Of a stretch of DNA of 64,000 nucleotides, positions 25,426-37,400 are shown piece by piece. Every line of letters starts with the position of its first letter. Within the stretch, counting starts at the first letter, position 1. The DNA lies in contig OZ076415.1 in assembly GCA_964187785.1 (NCBI GenBank), positions 62,310,001 to 62,374,000 on the forward strand, in the 5' to 3' direction. A model generated the notes under the pieces. It saw only the letters and a program-made list of their open reading frames with translations. It was not told the origin of the DNA and ran no database searches. The DNA comes from Amphiscolops sp. MND2022. Taxonomy: Eukaryota. Both the position numbers and the translations under genes were made by a program.

Positions 25426-28400
25426 CTGAAAACAACACCAACAAGCTTTCGTTAAAAGTACTAACAAGGGGCGCAGTGTCACTCTGATATTTTTCGTATA
25501 CCGTTACAGCAGAAGATTTCCTGGGTAAAAAAACTTCTCAACTGGAAATATTTAAAAACGCGAAGATGTGTACTTTCGTTAAAATTTCCATAATTCAAAT
25601 GATTGGATTGATCAATGAAACGAACTAATGAAACTGTGTGACTCTTTAGGCTCAAAAAACGCGTTTTCTAAACTGTAATTTTTTTCAACGAAAGTTAACA
25701 CCTAGAGCAAAAAAAAAACACGTAAAAAGTCCCGTATAGCAAAAACGTTTGTTTTTTCCACAATTATTGAGAAAACTCTCATTAGTCCCGCAGGGTCAGA
25801 AAACAATGCAAGAGCTTTTTATATAAAGATAATTCTCTATCCTTCCAATTCTGAAGGCTTTAAAATCATGCTTGAGGTTGACACTGGAAAAACATGACCT
25901 GCTTCGCCAAACAGTACTAGAAAATGTTCAAAAAGGACACTTTGGGCTCAAGAATGATTCTTCTTAACTAAAACATCAAAAAAGTCATACCGTTTGGTGC
26001 AATGCAAAGCTAATTGTCATAATAGCAAAACAAGAAAATTCTTCTATCAGAAGTGATTACTTAATCTATACATTTTTTGTGAACAACGTTGTATCTATAA
26101 AAACTCGATTACGACTAGCGATTAACCTCGACACTACACCAAAAGGTTGCAAAATTGGGTCCCGGCTTGTTTTAACAAAATATAGAAAATTCTGTAAGAA
26201 TTCAGGTGGTGAAATATTGGTTTACACTGCAGTTTCCACCAGTGCAAATAAAATTGAGAAGTATTTCCTTGTTCTTCTCTGACACGATCACATTCTATCT
26301 TCGTTTTGATTTCGCAACAGTTCCTCTGAATCTGATACAATCACCGCTTCTCAAATAGCAAGCTGATGGTGAACATTTTGATGAATCTTTAGAGCTGGTT
26401 GATAAAAGTCGAGGGCAACAGAGAAACATTCTCACTTGGAAGTTTCTATAAGAGTTTTAGAAAATCATAATGAAAGCTGTTGGCAACTTTCAAAAACATG
26501 TGAAATGTTCTCCGTTTGAACATGGGGTTCATATAAGATCTCAGTAGGCGAGTTAAGATGGCGTTAAGTTAATTTCTTGCCGACGAAGTTTGCGAGGACG
26601 CACGCAATTCCTGACAACGAAGTTTTCCAGGGCGAAGTTTCTGACGACCAAACATCAGATGACGAAATTCTGGCAACCGAGACACGAATGGTATAAAGTT
26701 TCTAATCTTTGGTAAAACACGATAAAAATCTTCAAATTTTTCATCATAAATAACGTTTGTCATCACTAAACTTATAATATTTTTAGAGTGCTCAATTTCC
26801 TTACCATGATTATCTTGAACACTGACAATTGTATGCAGCATGTAAAAAGTTCAAGCAACCTCGGCTAGGGAAACCATTGATTTGTTAAAAACGCCTAAAC
26901 GCTGACAATAACTCGCTATCCATTGGCTGTTCTTTTTGTGTGTAAAATTTTAAATATTTCATTCAATATGGCCCAAATAATCTCTCGTTATTGCATCCTT
27001 ACCATGCAATATATTTTCATTAAAAATAAGATCATTAGCAATTCCATAGCGCACCCTGTCTTATATAAAAAGAGAAATGACTGGAATACTAAGATCTCCA
27101 CTGATAATCTGCTTTATTACATTTTGGGAGCTAGACTGCTAGTGTTTAAATGCAAAAAGAGGAGAATCAGTATTGAGTCTTGGTGGGGTGTTGGTTGATT
27201 AGGATTTGTAAAGGGGAGAACTCACGTCGAGACATGGCCGTGTTGTAATCGGATTCGTTGTGGTTGACATTGAATACAAATCTGGACCCGTCCACGGCGC
27301 CAGGGGGCGCCATCAACATCGCCCGTCCGCTCCCATCATGACTGATTACGACAACAGTGATGACGTCACTGATATTACGTAATATCATCTGATATTATAT
27401 AACACTGTTCAAGTTGATAACTTTTTTAAAGCGTGACGTCATTTTGATAGATTGAGCCAAAATTTGAGACCATAGATGACATGGTCCGCTAAGTTTTTTT
27501 AATATTCCAAAGCTTTCTTTAAAATTCAGAATTTTCGACCTCTAGAGAGCGGGTTTTATATTGAAAGTGCTTCTGAAACTTTGAAATTTAGTTCTTACAA
27601 ATTGAAGACTTCATTTTCAAAATCTTTTCCAAAACCTTTATACAATTGACACTAATGCATTCATTCTAACGTTTAAATCTTTTACTGGTGCTTATATATT
27701 ATACACCGTCCCGCGATGATCGGTTCTTCGTTCTACATATACATACTGATCGGTACAGTTGTAATCTACCCTAGTTCTAAATACGAAACAAGCAATTTAG
27801 GTTTGCAAATCGTCTTGGCTCTTTTCAAGTATCCCCACACGTTTATAAACACTGGAATTTTACTAAAACTACATTTAATCAATTCCTGAAACATTTCACT
27901 ATTTCGATGAGATCACAATCAGCTGCTATAACCGATCACAATCAACTATGTGAGAATTTTGAAAAATTAGCAAAAACTATAATTTTTGCTAAATTTTCAC
28001 ATTTTTAAAATAGTTTTACGCATGTGGTGGGAATTGTGTTTGGACTGAGGTGATTTCTATTGTTTTTAAATACATTTCCCTGAGATATTCAACAAAAAAT
28101 ACGTTTGTAAGCAGTTTAATTTCAACTTATTGACATGACCTTTGACCTTTTGAAGGATTGAGGTCATCACTGGTTGTCAGGGACGGAGCCCAATCCGTTG
28201 TCACTTTTCTCTTCGTCGTCGCCACAAGCACGGCCCCCCTTGCGTCTGAGGATGAGGGAGTCACAGAAGAAGAAAAGGAACTCGAACAGGGTCATCGCAG
28301 AGGCCCCGATGAACAAGCCCATGAGACCACCGATGTCACCTATGACACAACACAAACAACTCAGTCAAGTCACGTGTTATTGGTGAGCTCAAAGTAAACT

Positions 28401-31400
28401 ATTAAGAACTTTTCACAATCGCGAGAATTGAGAAAAGGTTCCTATCGGAAGAAGTCTCGCAGTGCCGAAAAGTTCAAAACACAGTCTTTGGGCTCATTTG
28501 ATTATTTTTTTTACTGTATTGAGTGTCATCATCCAAAGATAAAATACTCAAATTTACCAATTTGAAAATTTAGAAAAAAACATGAACTTTCCGTTTTTTC
28601 TAAAAAAAAAACACAAGTAAAGCAATAAAATGTGTAGTTTCCTGATCCTTAGTTGCACATCACTGACGAGAGGTTGGATAGCTTCAACGTGGATACCAAG
28701 ACTGCCCCTGCTACTTTTTTCTGCTGTTAGGTTTTGGAAAAGTGTTTGGTTCTGTTTTTAGATTTTCCAACTTTGTGAACAAACTTATCTTAGATGTCGC
28801 ACCATTTTTGTTGAAACTAAGACCGGCATTGGCGGCTATGGGTCTCATTCCTGCCTAAAAGCAGTCAAATTGTTATATAAAAGGGGAGGAAATCTGTGTT
28901 GCGTTTTTTTCCGAATTCTGCCTAATCTCCATGATCTCCATCCACTTCTTGACTATTTTATAAAGCTACTTGACTATTTTAGTTACTTGAACTCTACTAC
29001 TACTTGAACTCACTTAATTTCTCCACTTGCCAAATCTCCGCCATGCTCAGTTGGTAGTGCGTCTGCCTGGCAGACACGAGGTCATGGGTTCGAACATTTT
29101 TAGCGTTACATGCGTTACATTTTTAGCGGAAAATATCACGATGCTTAGCAGGCGTCTTGTTTATTACTAGACTTTTTTCAAGTCTTTGCTTGGTTTACTC
29201 CTAATCGAACTGGTTGATCTTTACATGTTTTTGTGTGTTATACACTTTTTCACATAAATTTCCGTAATTATAACAAAAATTTCCAGGCGTAAATTTTTCC
29301 CAACTTTGTTGACTTTATTTTTTCAAGCTGCTTGGAAAAAGATTGCTGAAGTTACGGACCAATTGAATCCAAGAAGTTTTGCAGGTTTCCTTGAGAAGCA
29401 GTTTTACTCTTATATGCAACTTGGAGGTTACCAAACTCACCGCCAATATATTACAGGAGGCGGAAAGTTCGTCGCCAAAAATTTCGCCGTCAAAAATTTC
29501 GTCGTAAGAAATTTCGTCGTATTAGCAAATCCAGACTTTTCGTCGTCAAAAATTTCGTCGTATTGATAAGAATTAACTCTGTTCACGAAAAGATATCATT
29601 TCAATTATTCAAAATTTAATTATTAAAATGAGATCTTGAGAAAAAGTTTTATTTTGATTCCAAAACTGAGTCAGAAAGGTAATTCCATTCAATCAACTCA
29701 TCAAGACGCCTATTGAGCTTATTGAGCAAAGGTATATTTTCAGTCCTACCGGTGGAATTACTAACCTGGGCTTTACAACACAATTTAACTTGTTCCAGGG
29801 GTGATGTTTTGTTTTTTTTTGTCAGATATTTATCAAAAAAACTCTGGTAGTTTTTGCTTTAAGTTTCTAAACAACAGTGTTGGGGGGTTAAGGAACAAAG
29901 TTTATATGGGGAGGCGGTTACTAATCATGATCCGAAACTTTTTTCCTCCAACAAAACCATAACTAAAAGTAATCAATGATAGCAATAATTGCACAATTGT
30001 CGATAATTTTTGAGATAATTAGCAAGACTCGATATTTATTAGGACTCAATAATTAAACGATTCCTAATAGATAAGAGAAAATGCGACGGTTTTTTAAACG
30101 TAATCACCGACGACGAAACTTCCAACGACGAAATTTCTGACAACAACGAAATTCCCGACGACGAACTTCCTGGTAATCTATAATACGAACGGACTGCATT
30201 CACAATATTAACTGCGAACTAACGTCTACAAGGTGTTGTTAGAGAAGGAATGAATACAACAGATGAATAATTGAGAAATCAAAGTGTGAAATTGACGTGA
30301 TTGTATCGTTTAACGAAGCAGGAAATATTTTGATTTATATTTAAATATTGGCAACTGCAGTGCTTTTATACAAGATATACCACCGGAAGATTACTGATTT
30401 TCTTGAGTTCCATGAAAAAATGTTTTGCCGCATGTAGAAAGTTCGAGCCAGTCTAGGCTAGGGTTTTTTCGCAGTGACATTTGCATTTATAACAAATGGT
30501 TTCGATGGTTCAACTTGGAATATTGCACGTTGATTCGATCCCCCAGTGCATACGTATTGTTCATGTTTGGGTGCGTTAAAAAGAGCTCAAAACCATTTTA
30601 TTGCATTAAAATTAAAATGTATTCCTGCAGCCTACACCAATTGGTCCAATTTTTAAGCAATCATTACCTTCATATTGTTTTTAGTCGGCGCTTTTCGTAG
30701 AAAACGCAGACTATAGCAATGACTTTTCTTTTTTTAAGACCAACGAAGTGACAGATTTCATAAGCCTTATAAGCTGCGTCCACTAACTGCCACACTTGTA
30801 ACTTCTACTGCCACTTAGCATAGAGGTTAATTAGGATAGTTTTTGATGTCTGCCAAGCAGAAAGACATGGTCTCGAGTCTCTCCTTTTTTTTGTACGTTA
30901 TTTCGGCTTTGTGAGACTTTTTAGCAAATTTTTAAAATGTCTTCAAAGAGTCTCCCTATTACATTTTTCGGCACTATGCGACTTACCGGAGACTTCAAAA
31001 ACAATTCGAAAAAAATTTCCCAATTTTTTTTTCAATTTTTTCCTCACGCGGATACTGTAGAAGAGAATACTTTGACACTTTGAAGTCCTTTTGCTATTTT
31101 TGAGCTTTACATATGGTGCCGACTTGGGCAGTTCCCGGCTTGTTTAGTAGATCTACCACCACTGTGAAAGGTTCTTCCTATTATTTTGAAATTTCATATG
31201 AAATGCAAAACTAATAAAGGCCAAAAATTCCTTTCCAAACTTTTTTCGGCAATGAGGTATTCCCTGAAAGTTTTTGACAACCACCCCGAACAAATGTATT
31301 GGAAAAACTTTGCACTTTTTGAGCCGACTTGAACCGTTCAAAGCTTTTTACTCGTTTTACCAGCTATATTTATTTTTCATTACTATCACAAGAAAATGCC

Positions 31401-34400
31401 GATAAAAAATGCTAGATCAGGTTTGAATTTTTTCTCAGTATCATCCCGCTTTGACATTGAGGATCTAAATTTCTTATTAACGTTCGTATGGTTTTTCAGC
31501 TGCGGCAAAAAAGAGTTTCTACTAACAGGGTTTAACAATTTTACAAGGCAGGTTATAAAAAACCTGACTACAGAGCCGGAAAGCGTTTTGAAAAGAGCGC
31601 GTCGTGATTTTCTTGACAGCTGAGACTTTTCAGAGTTAATGAATTAAATCTTTTTATCTTCATACAACAATCGATACTCCAGGTCCTTGAAAGTTGGCAC
31701 AAGTTTTTTGTAGATTTCTATTTTTTGTAGATTTGTGGTCCATTTTAACGCAAATTTGTGAATTACGTTTTGATTTGTGTGGCATAGCTGAATAAGCTAG
31801 AGGACAAACTTTATACTTTAGACACTATTATTCTTATTGTTATTTAATTAGTCTGAAGTACCTGCCTATACTGTATCATCTTTATCATACTAAAGTTCGT
31901 TTAGTAAGAAAAGCTACGAGATAAAGTACAGTCTTGATAGAAAGTAAATTCTTGTATCAAAGAGTTACAACAATTTGTAAAATTTGAGAAATGTGATTTT
32001 TTAAAAGTTTAAAAAATAAAGTGTATCTTCTATTTTAAAATTTGAAAAAAACAGTTTCGTTTGATTCAGATAAAGTCAAATACCTTTCTACTTTGAACAA
32101 TTCAAGAAAATATACTTCTGTTTCTGTTTTAAAAATCTGTTGTAATGCCATAACTCAAAAACTTACTTGAGCCAGTTTTTGAGATTGACAGTATTTTGGC
32201 AATAAAACTTTTCAAATCTCAGCCAGACAAAAACATGTAATGGTAATTTCTGTCACTTCTTCGAATTTTAGAAGAACTGCGTTTCGTGGGTTTGAAGATT
32301 GCAAAACACTCTTCCTTCAAAGGCGAGTAAAAGTCACTTCAGTAAAATTTTGCGAAGTTAAGCTCAAAACTTCATATTTAGAAGTTCTCTGCAATGAATG
32401 TTGTTGTTGTTTCAAGCCGATTTTGGCACGACGGGAAAAAGGGTATCCACATAAATTGGACCTCATAAATCGAATGGATCCTCAAAAATGCAAATTACTT
32501 CAGAAATGATAACAACCTTTTTCAATGTTGCAATTTAATTTAGTCTGTTAACTTTGCAGCTAAAGTCAACTTCAGTTGAATGACGTATTTGAGTTAGCTT
32601 TATTATTGAATAGTACTATTAATTAAGTAGTTAATTAAGTACTTTTAATTAATATGTGCAAGGTGTTGTCAACTTGGCGGAAAGTAAGGGTTGTAATATT
32701 AATCAACTCTTTAAAAAATCAAAAATCCTAAAAGAGGTCTATTTTAGGGGCAATAATGTATTAACTTGAGAGATTTTCCGCGACAATCGTATTCAAGTTT
32801 CAATTTTCCGGGTATTTTAATTCCAGTATTGCTTTCACTTTTTCTTTATTTGGTTTAATTCCCATTTCGTCAATTTCGTGTCCCAGCCATTTTGTTTTAT
32901 TTAGGAAGAATTCGGATTTTCTTTCGCTTGCTCGGTATCCTTCATTCTCCAGTTTTTTCAGTATCTCGAATAATTTCTTCTCGTGTTCTTTCCGGCTACC
33001 CCGGGTTACCACTATGATGTCGTCCAGCCATGCCGGTGTGGAGTATTCTAGTGTTCGGTCAATTTTTTCTTGGAATATTGTGGGGATGTCGGCAAGACCG
33101 TAAAACCATTTTTTTAATCTGTAATATCCACTGAAGTTTCCTCCCGTTATTGCGAATACGCATTGTCGGCTTGTCTCTTTTGATAATTTCATTTGGCCGT
33201 ATGCGTAGTCGAGCTCAATTTTCGAGATATTCAGTTCTTTTGTTCGGTCTCTTGTAATTTCCACCGAAATTTGGTTCAGTAGTTCTTCCATGTTCGGCAT
33301 GTGTGGTCGGGTTTTTATACAGCTGTCATTTAGTTTTCTTGAGTCCGAGTTCTATTTTGACCGATTTATCGTTTTTTACTGTAATTACTACCGGTGAAAC
33401 AAAGCAATCTTCATCTACGTGTTTTACTTTTTCCAGATGTCCGGTTTTTATCAATTTTTCTAGTTCTTTCCCGACCTCCTCTTGTAGATGTAATGGGATC
33501 GGTCTTGCTTTTTGTTTCACCGGATAGTGTCCCGGTTTCAGCTGAATTTTTATTTCGGTATCTTTTATTGTGGTGTTGTTCTTGAATAAATCTGGGAACT
33601 TTTCGATCACTCGTCTCTTTTCCGATTGATTGGTATCTTCCGTTCGGATATTTCCGATTGTCAAATTGAATTTTTTCATCCAATCCATTCCGAGTAATGG
33701 TGTAATGTCGTTTCTTTCGGTAATTAGAATTTGCATTTTTTGTTTGTTGTTCTCATATTCAATGTTTGCCGGTATTTTCCCACGGAATCTCACTTCATTT
33801 TTGTTTACATCTTGATACCGTTGTTTCACTTTTTGTATCTCGGTTTGTTTCAGTATTTTCTCGTCCTCGGGAATTATTGAAATTTGTGATCCGGTATCCA
33901 CGATAAATTCTTTTTCAATACCGTTTACTTTCACCACTGCTGTCAGGCATTTGTTTCTGTCGGTAATTCTATTTATTTTTTCAATTCTGTGTATGCTTGT
34001 TTCTGATTCGTCGGATTCTCCTCCAAATATTTCTGACTCGTCATCGGTCACATTGCGTACTTTGCGTTTGTAGTTGTCTCTTTGTCTGCATACCCGTGCG
34101 AAGTGTCCCTACTTTCTGCAGTTGTTACAAAGTTTTCCCAGTGCCGGGCATTTGTGAGTAGGGTTCCAGTTCGGTGCGTTGCAAAATTTGCATGGTTTCT
34201 CATTTGTAAATTTGTTCTTCGGTCTTGTGTCGGATTTTTCCATTCTTTGTATCGGTTCTTCTTTTATTTCTTTTTCTCGGTGTAAAATTAAAGCTTCCGG
34301 TATTGTGGTTTTTCGATTCTTTCTTTCGTATGTGTTCTTTTTAATCATTTCGATTGTCTTTTTCAGTTCGAGTTTCTTCTCTTTCATTATTTTATCCCGA

Positions 34401-37400
34401 AGTTTCGTGTCCGTAATTGCGGTCATGAATTTTGAAATCAATAAGTCTTCGGCTGTTATTCCCTCAAATGCACATTCTTTTTCTATTTCTATAAGTCTCC
34501 GCCAAGTGTCTTCTGGTGTTTCGGATTCGGTTTGTCTTGTCCAGAAGAATTCTCCGCGATTGTGATAGGTGTTCCGCTTTGGTAGGAAATATTCATTGAA
34601 TAGTCGGATAAGGTCTTTTACCGCTATTTTGTCAGGTTCGGTTTTATATTCTGCCCGGGTCATTTGGTATAATGCTTCGGGGCCAATTCCCCATATGAAG
34701 TCTTCTTGGATTTCTGTTTCTTTTCCGGACCAACCGGTTTGTGTCATCTCGGCTCCCCGTATCAGTTCGGTAATGTCCATTTTGTGTTTCCTTTTTGCGT
34801 ATTGCCGGAATCTTTCGAGCCATTGTTTCGGTGTAAATATCTTTTTTCCGTCTGATGTGGCTTCGAAATTCGGTACTTCAATCTTGCTTTCTTCTGTCAT
34901 TTTCTTTGTTTTGTTGAAATATTTCTGGGTAATTTCAATTTGCTGACTGCGCCATGTTCTATTTCTTGGTTAGACAATAAAAACAGTGTTTTGTAAAATA
35001 TATCTTCTAACAGAAAGCAATGTTAAAACGATCTTTTCTCTAAGTTCAACGGTAACTAAATGATGTATTTCTAGCACGAAAGATCTAGCACAATGTTTAC
35101 AAATGTATATAAACATAAATCTCATTTAGGACTATAAAAAGATCAAAGTTTGATTGACATTGTCAACCGAAGGAATCGGTTCGGTATTACACCGTATAAC
35201 AATCCTAATAAATCTTGAAAACTTTTTGTTCAATTAAGCTGTTGGAAATTTTCGACGAAGTTTCTATAAACTATTCGCCTATTTGAAAAAGTCTAACGTA
35301 TTTCATCATCCGTTTATCAGAAGTTGAAACACGACACGTAAAATCATGCCACGTAAATCGTATAAGCGAATGTTCTGTTAAGTTTAGAGAAGCAATAAAA
35401 ATCATAATCTTCTATGGTTCCAAGCAATAAGTTTGCTCTCCTTGGCGTAATACCATGAAAGTTATCGCTAGTCACAATCACGTTGTTCCTCCGAGAATCT
35501 AATTCGGTCTTATGGCTGTCTTGTGATCTTACAAGTCCCGGTTACACTCGATTATCTTGTCTTTCCCTTTATCAACTTTTTCCTCAAATTTTAACCGAAC
35601 TTCATCAAAAAGTAGATTTGGAGAGAAGCGAATGAGAGACAGAAAGACATCAGTACGAAGTTCCATATTTTTCTAAAAATCAGCCTGCAAAATTTTACAA
35701 AATTCTTACGCACGATATTTTTGAGGGTTTTTGTAAGTTTTTAAAGCATGGAGTGTCTGGTATTGACATAAATCTAGACCACTCTCCTATATAAGACAGG
35801 TAATCAATTCAACGGTTGCTCAGCAAATATAGTAACCTATAGGTGAAGCATGAAATATGGGCGTCCATCTTGAATCGTTGGTCAAAAACACGACTTAGCA
35901 TTTTGTCGAATTTCCTGATGACCTCTTTTAATTTTCAAATGTTTGATCATTGACAGGTATAAAAGATTCCAAACTTGATAACCCATTCATTGAGCTGGCG
36001 ATAAACTTCAAAGCCTCGAGCGGAAGTTTTTAATCGACGCTATCTCTTAAATATAATTATCTTAGAGACTTTTCGACTGTTTTTTTAAATCCAGTCGAAG
36101 TTACCAAAAGTTTGACAAAAAGTTCTACATTAAGCCTGAAGTCTAAAGGAGCCAAAAGGATTAAAGGGTTCCACTTTTCGTTTTTGACATTTTTGTCAAA
36201 CTTATGACACCAAGGGTGCTCTATTCATGTTTTTCGGCACTCTGCGACTTTTAATAAACTTTTTTATTCGACAAAGATTCCTCCTATGGATTTTTGGATG
36301 TTTTCAGTTACTTAATTTACCGAATCGAATACTTTTGGGTCACTGTTATGAAAACCAGACATACTGACATTATACGATTCACTAACGTTTACCTTCAGTA
36401 AGTCAGCAGAAAGGAAAATGAAATCGGACTCCTGAAAAAAACCCAAAAAGTCACCAATTTGCTGCAAGGTCTTACAAGATCTTACCACGGCCAGATCTTA
36501 GTCAAAGCGCTATGAAGACCTTGACAAAACTGGTGAATGTTGTTTTTAGTTTGAGATTGGTCAATCAAATGGTGTATAAAGATTTTATGGTCACTAACCC
36601 AGCATGGCAGCGAAATCGTAGGCTTGCACTTGTTCGATTTTCTGCAAACTCAGAGATTGGAAGTAGATCGAAACGACCAGCGCTTGTTCTAAAAACAAAA
36701 CAGCTCCTTTGTAACATTCTCACAAACTCCCGGCGAGGAGAAATAACTCACAGAACCAAATTCAACTATAGAAAATATTAAATCACTGAAACTAGAGTTA
36801 TAGTAATCCATCATATTTTCGGTTTTCCCTCTGTTTCAAGTCTTGAAAATCTTGTCCCTTGAAAGCATCTTGTCAAAAAATGTTGCTTTTTTACAACTTT
36901 TTTTGCCGTTTTCTGATTTTTTTTATACTTTATTTTGGGCATTTATACATTCATCTTTCCACAGTCAATTGACTATTAACAGCCATTTCATGATTTTGCC
37001 AAAAAACACAAGACTTTGAAATATTAACGAGGCTTTCCCAATATCCCTTACTTAACAGGCAGCAACTGTGTTTGTCGGCAGATGTAAAAAGAAGATCATT
37101 TGAAAGTAGAAGCAGCACCTATGATGGCAAAAGTTTCAGTGTTCCTAGTTTCAAGTCAAGGTCATATTTGATGCCAATAGAGTTGCCCCAACAATATAAG
37201 CGACAGATACACAGTTCAAAACTCTGTAGATGCAAAGTCCACACTCCCGTTTAGTTCATTCCTACCAAAATTCTTTTTTTAAAACTTTTTTTTCGAAATT
37301 AATATCTTGGATCGTGCGAGAAATTACACTGACGTAGATTGGTGCAAAAAAACTATAAATTCATTCAAAAATTTTGACCACATTTTAAACTCATTTTTTC

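Larger units (their letters stand above)
32800..34956 (-). mobile_element. Truncated Ty3/Gypsy LTR retrotransposon (gag-protease-RT) in an ASIC intron
   Basis: Gag-like ORF 34900-34109, protease IVDTGS in 34051-33326, RT LDYAYGQ...WLDD in 33300-32800. Frame breaks; no RNase H or integrase seen. Confidence 0.9.

Noticed and set aside
29040-29100. tRNA gene
   Set aside because: No 3' acceptor stem; continues into a SINE-like body.
29306-29566. 86-aa ORF
   Set aside because: Spans a family B fragment and the family C tandem array.
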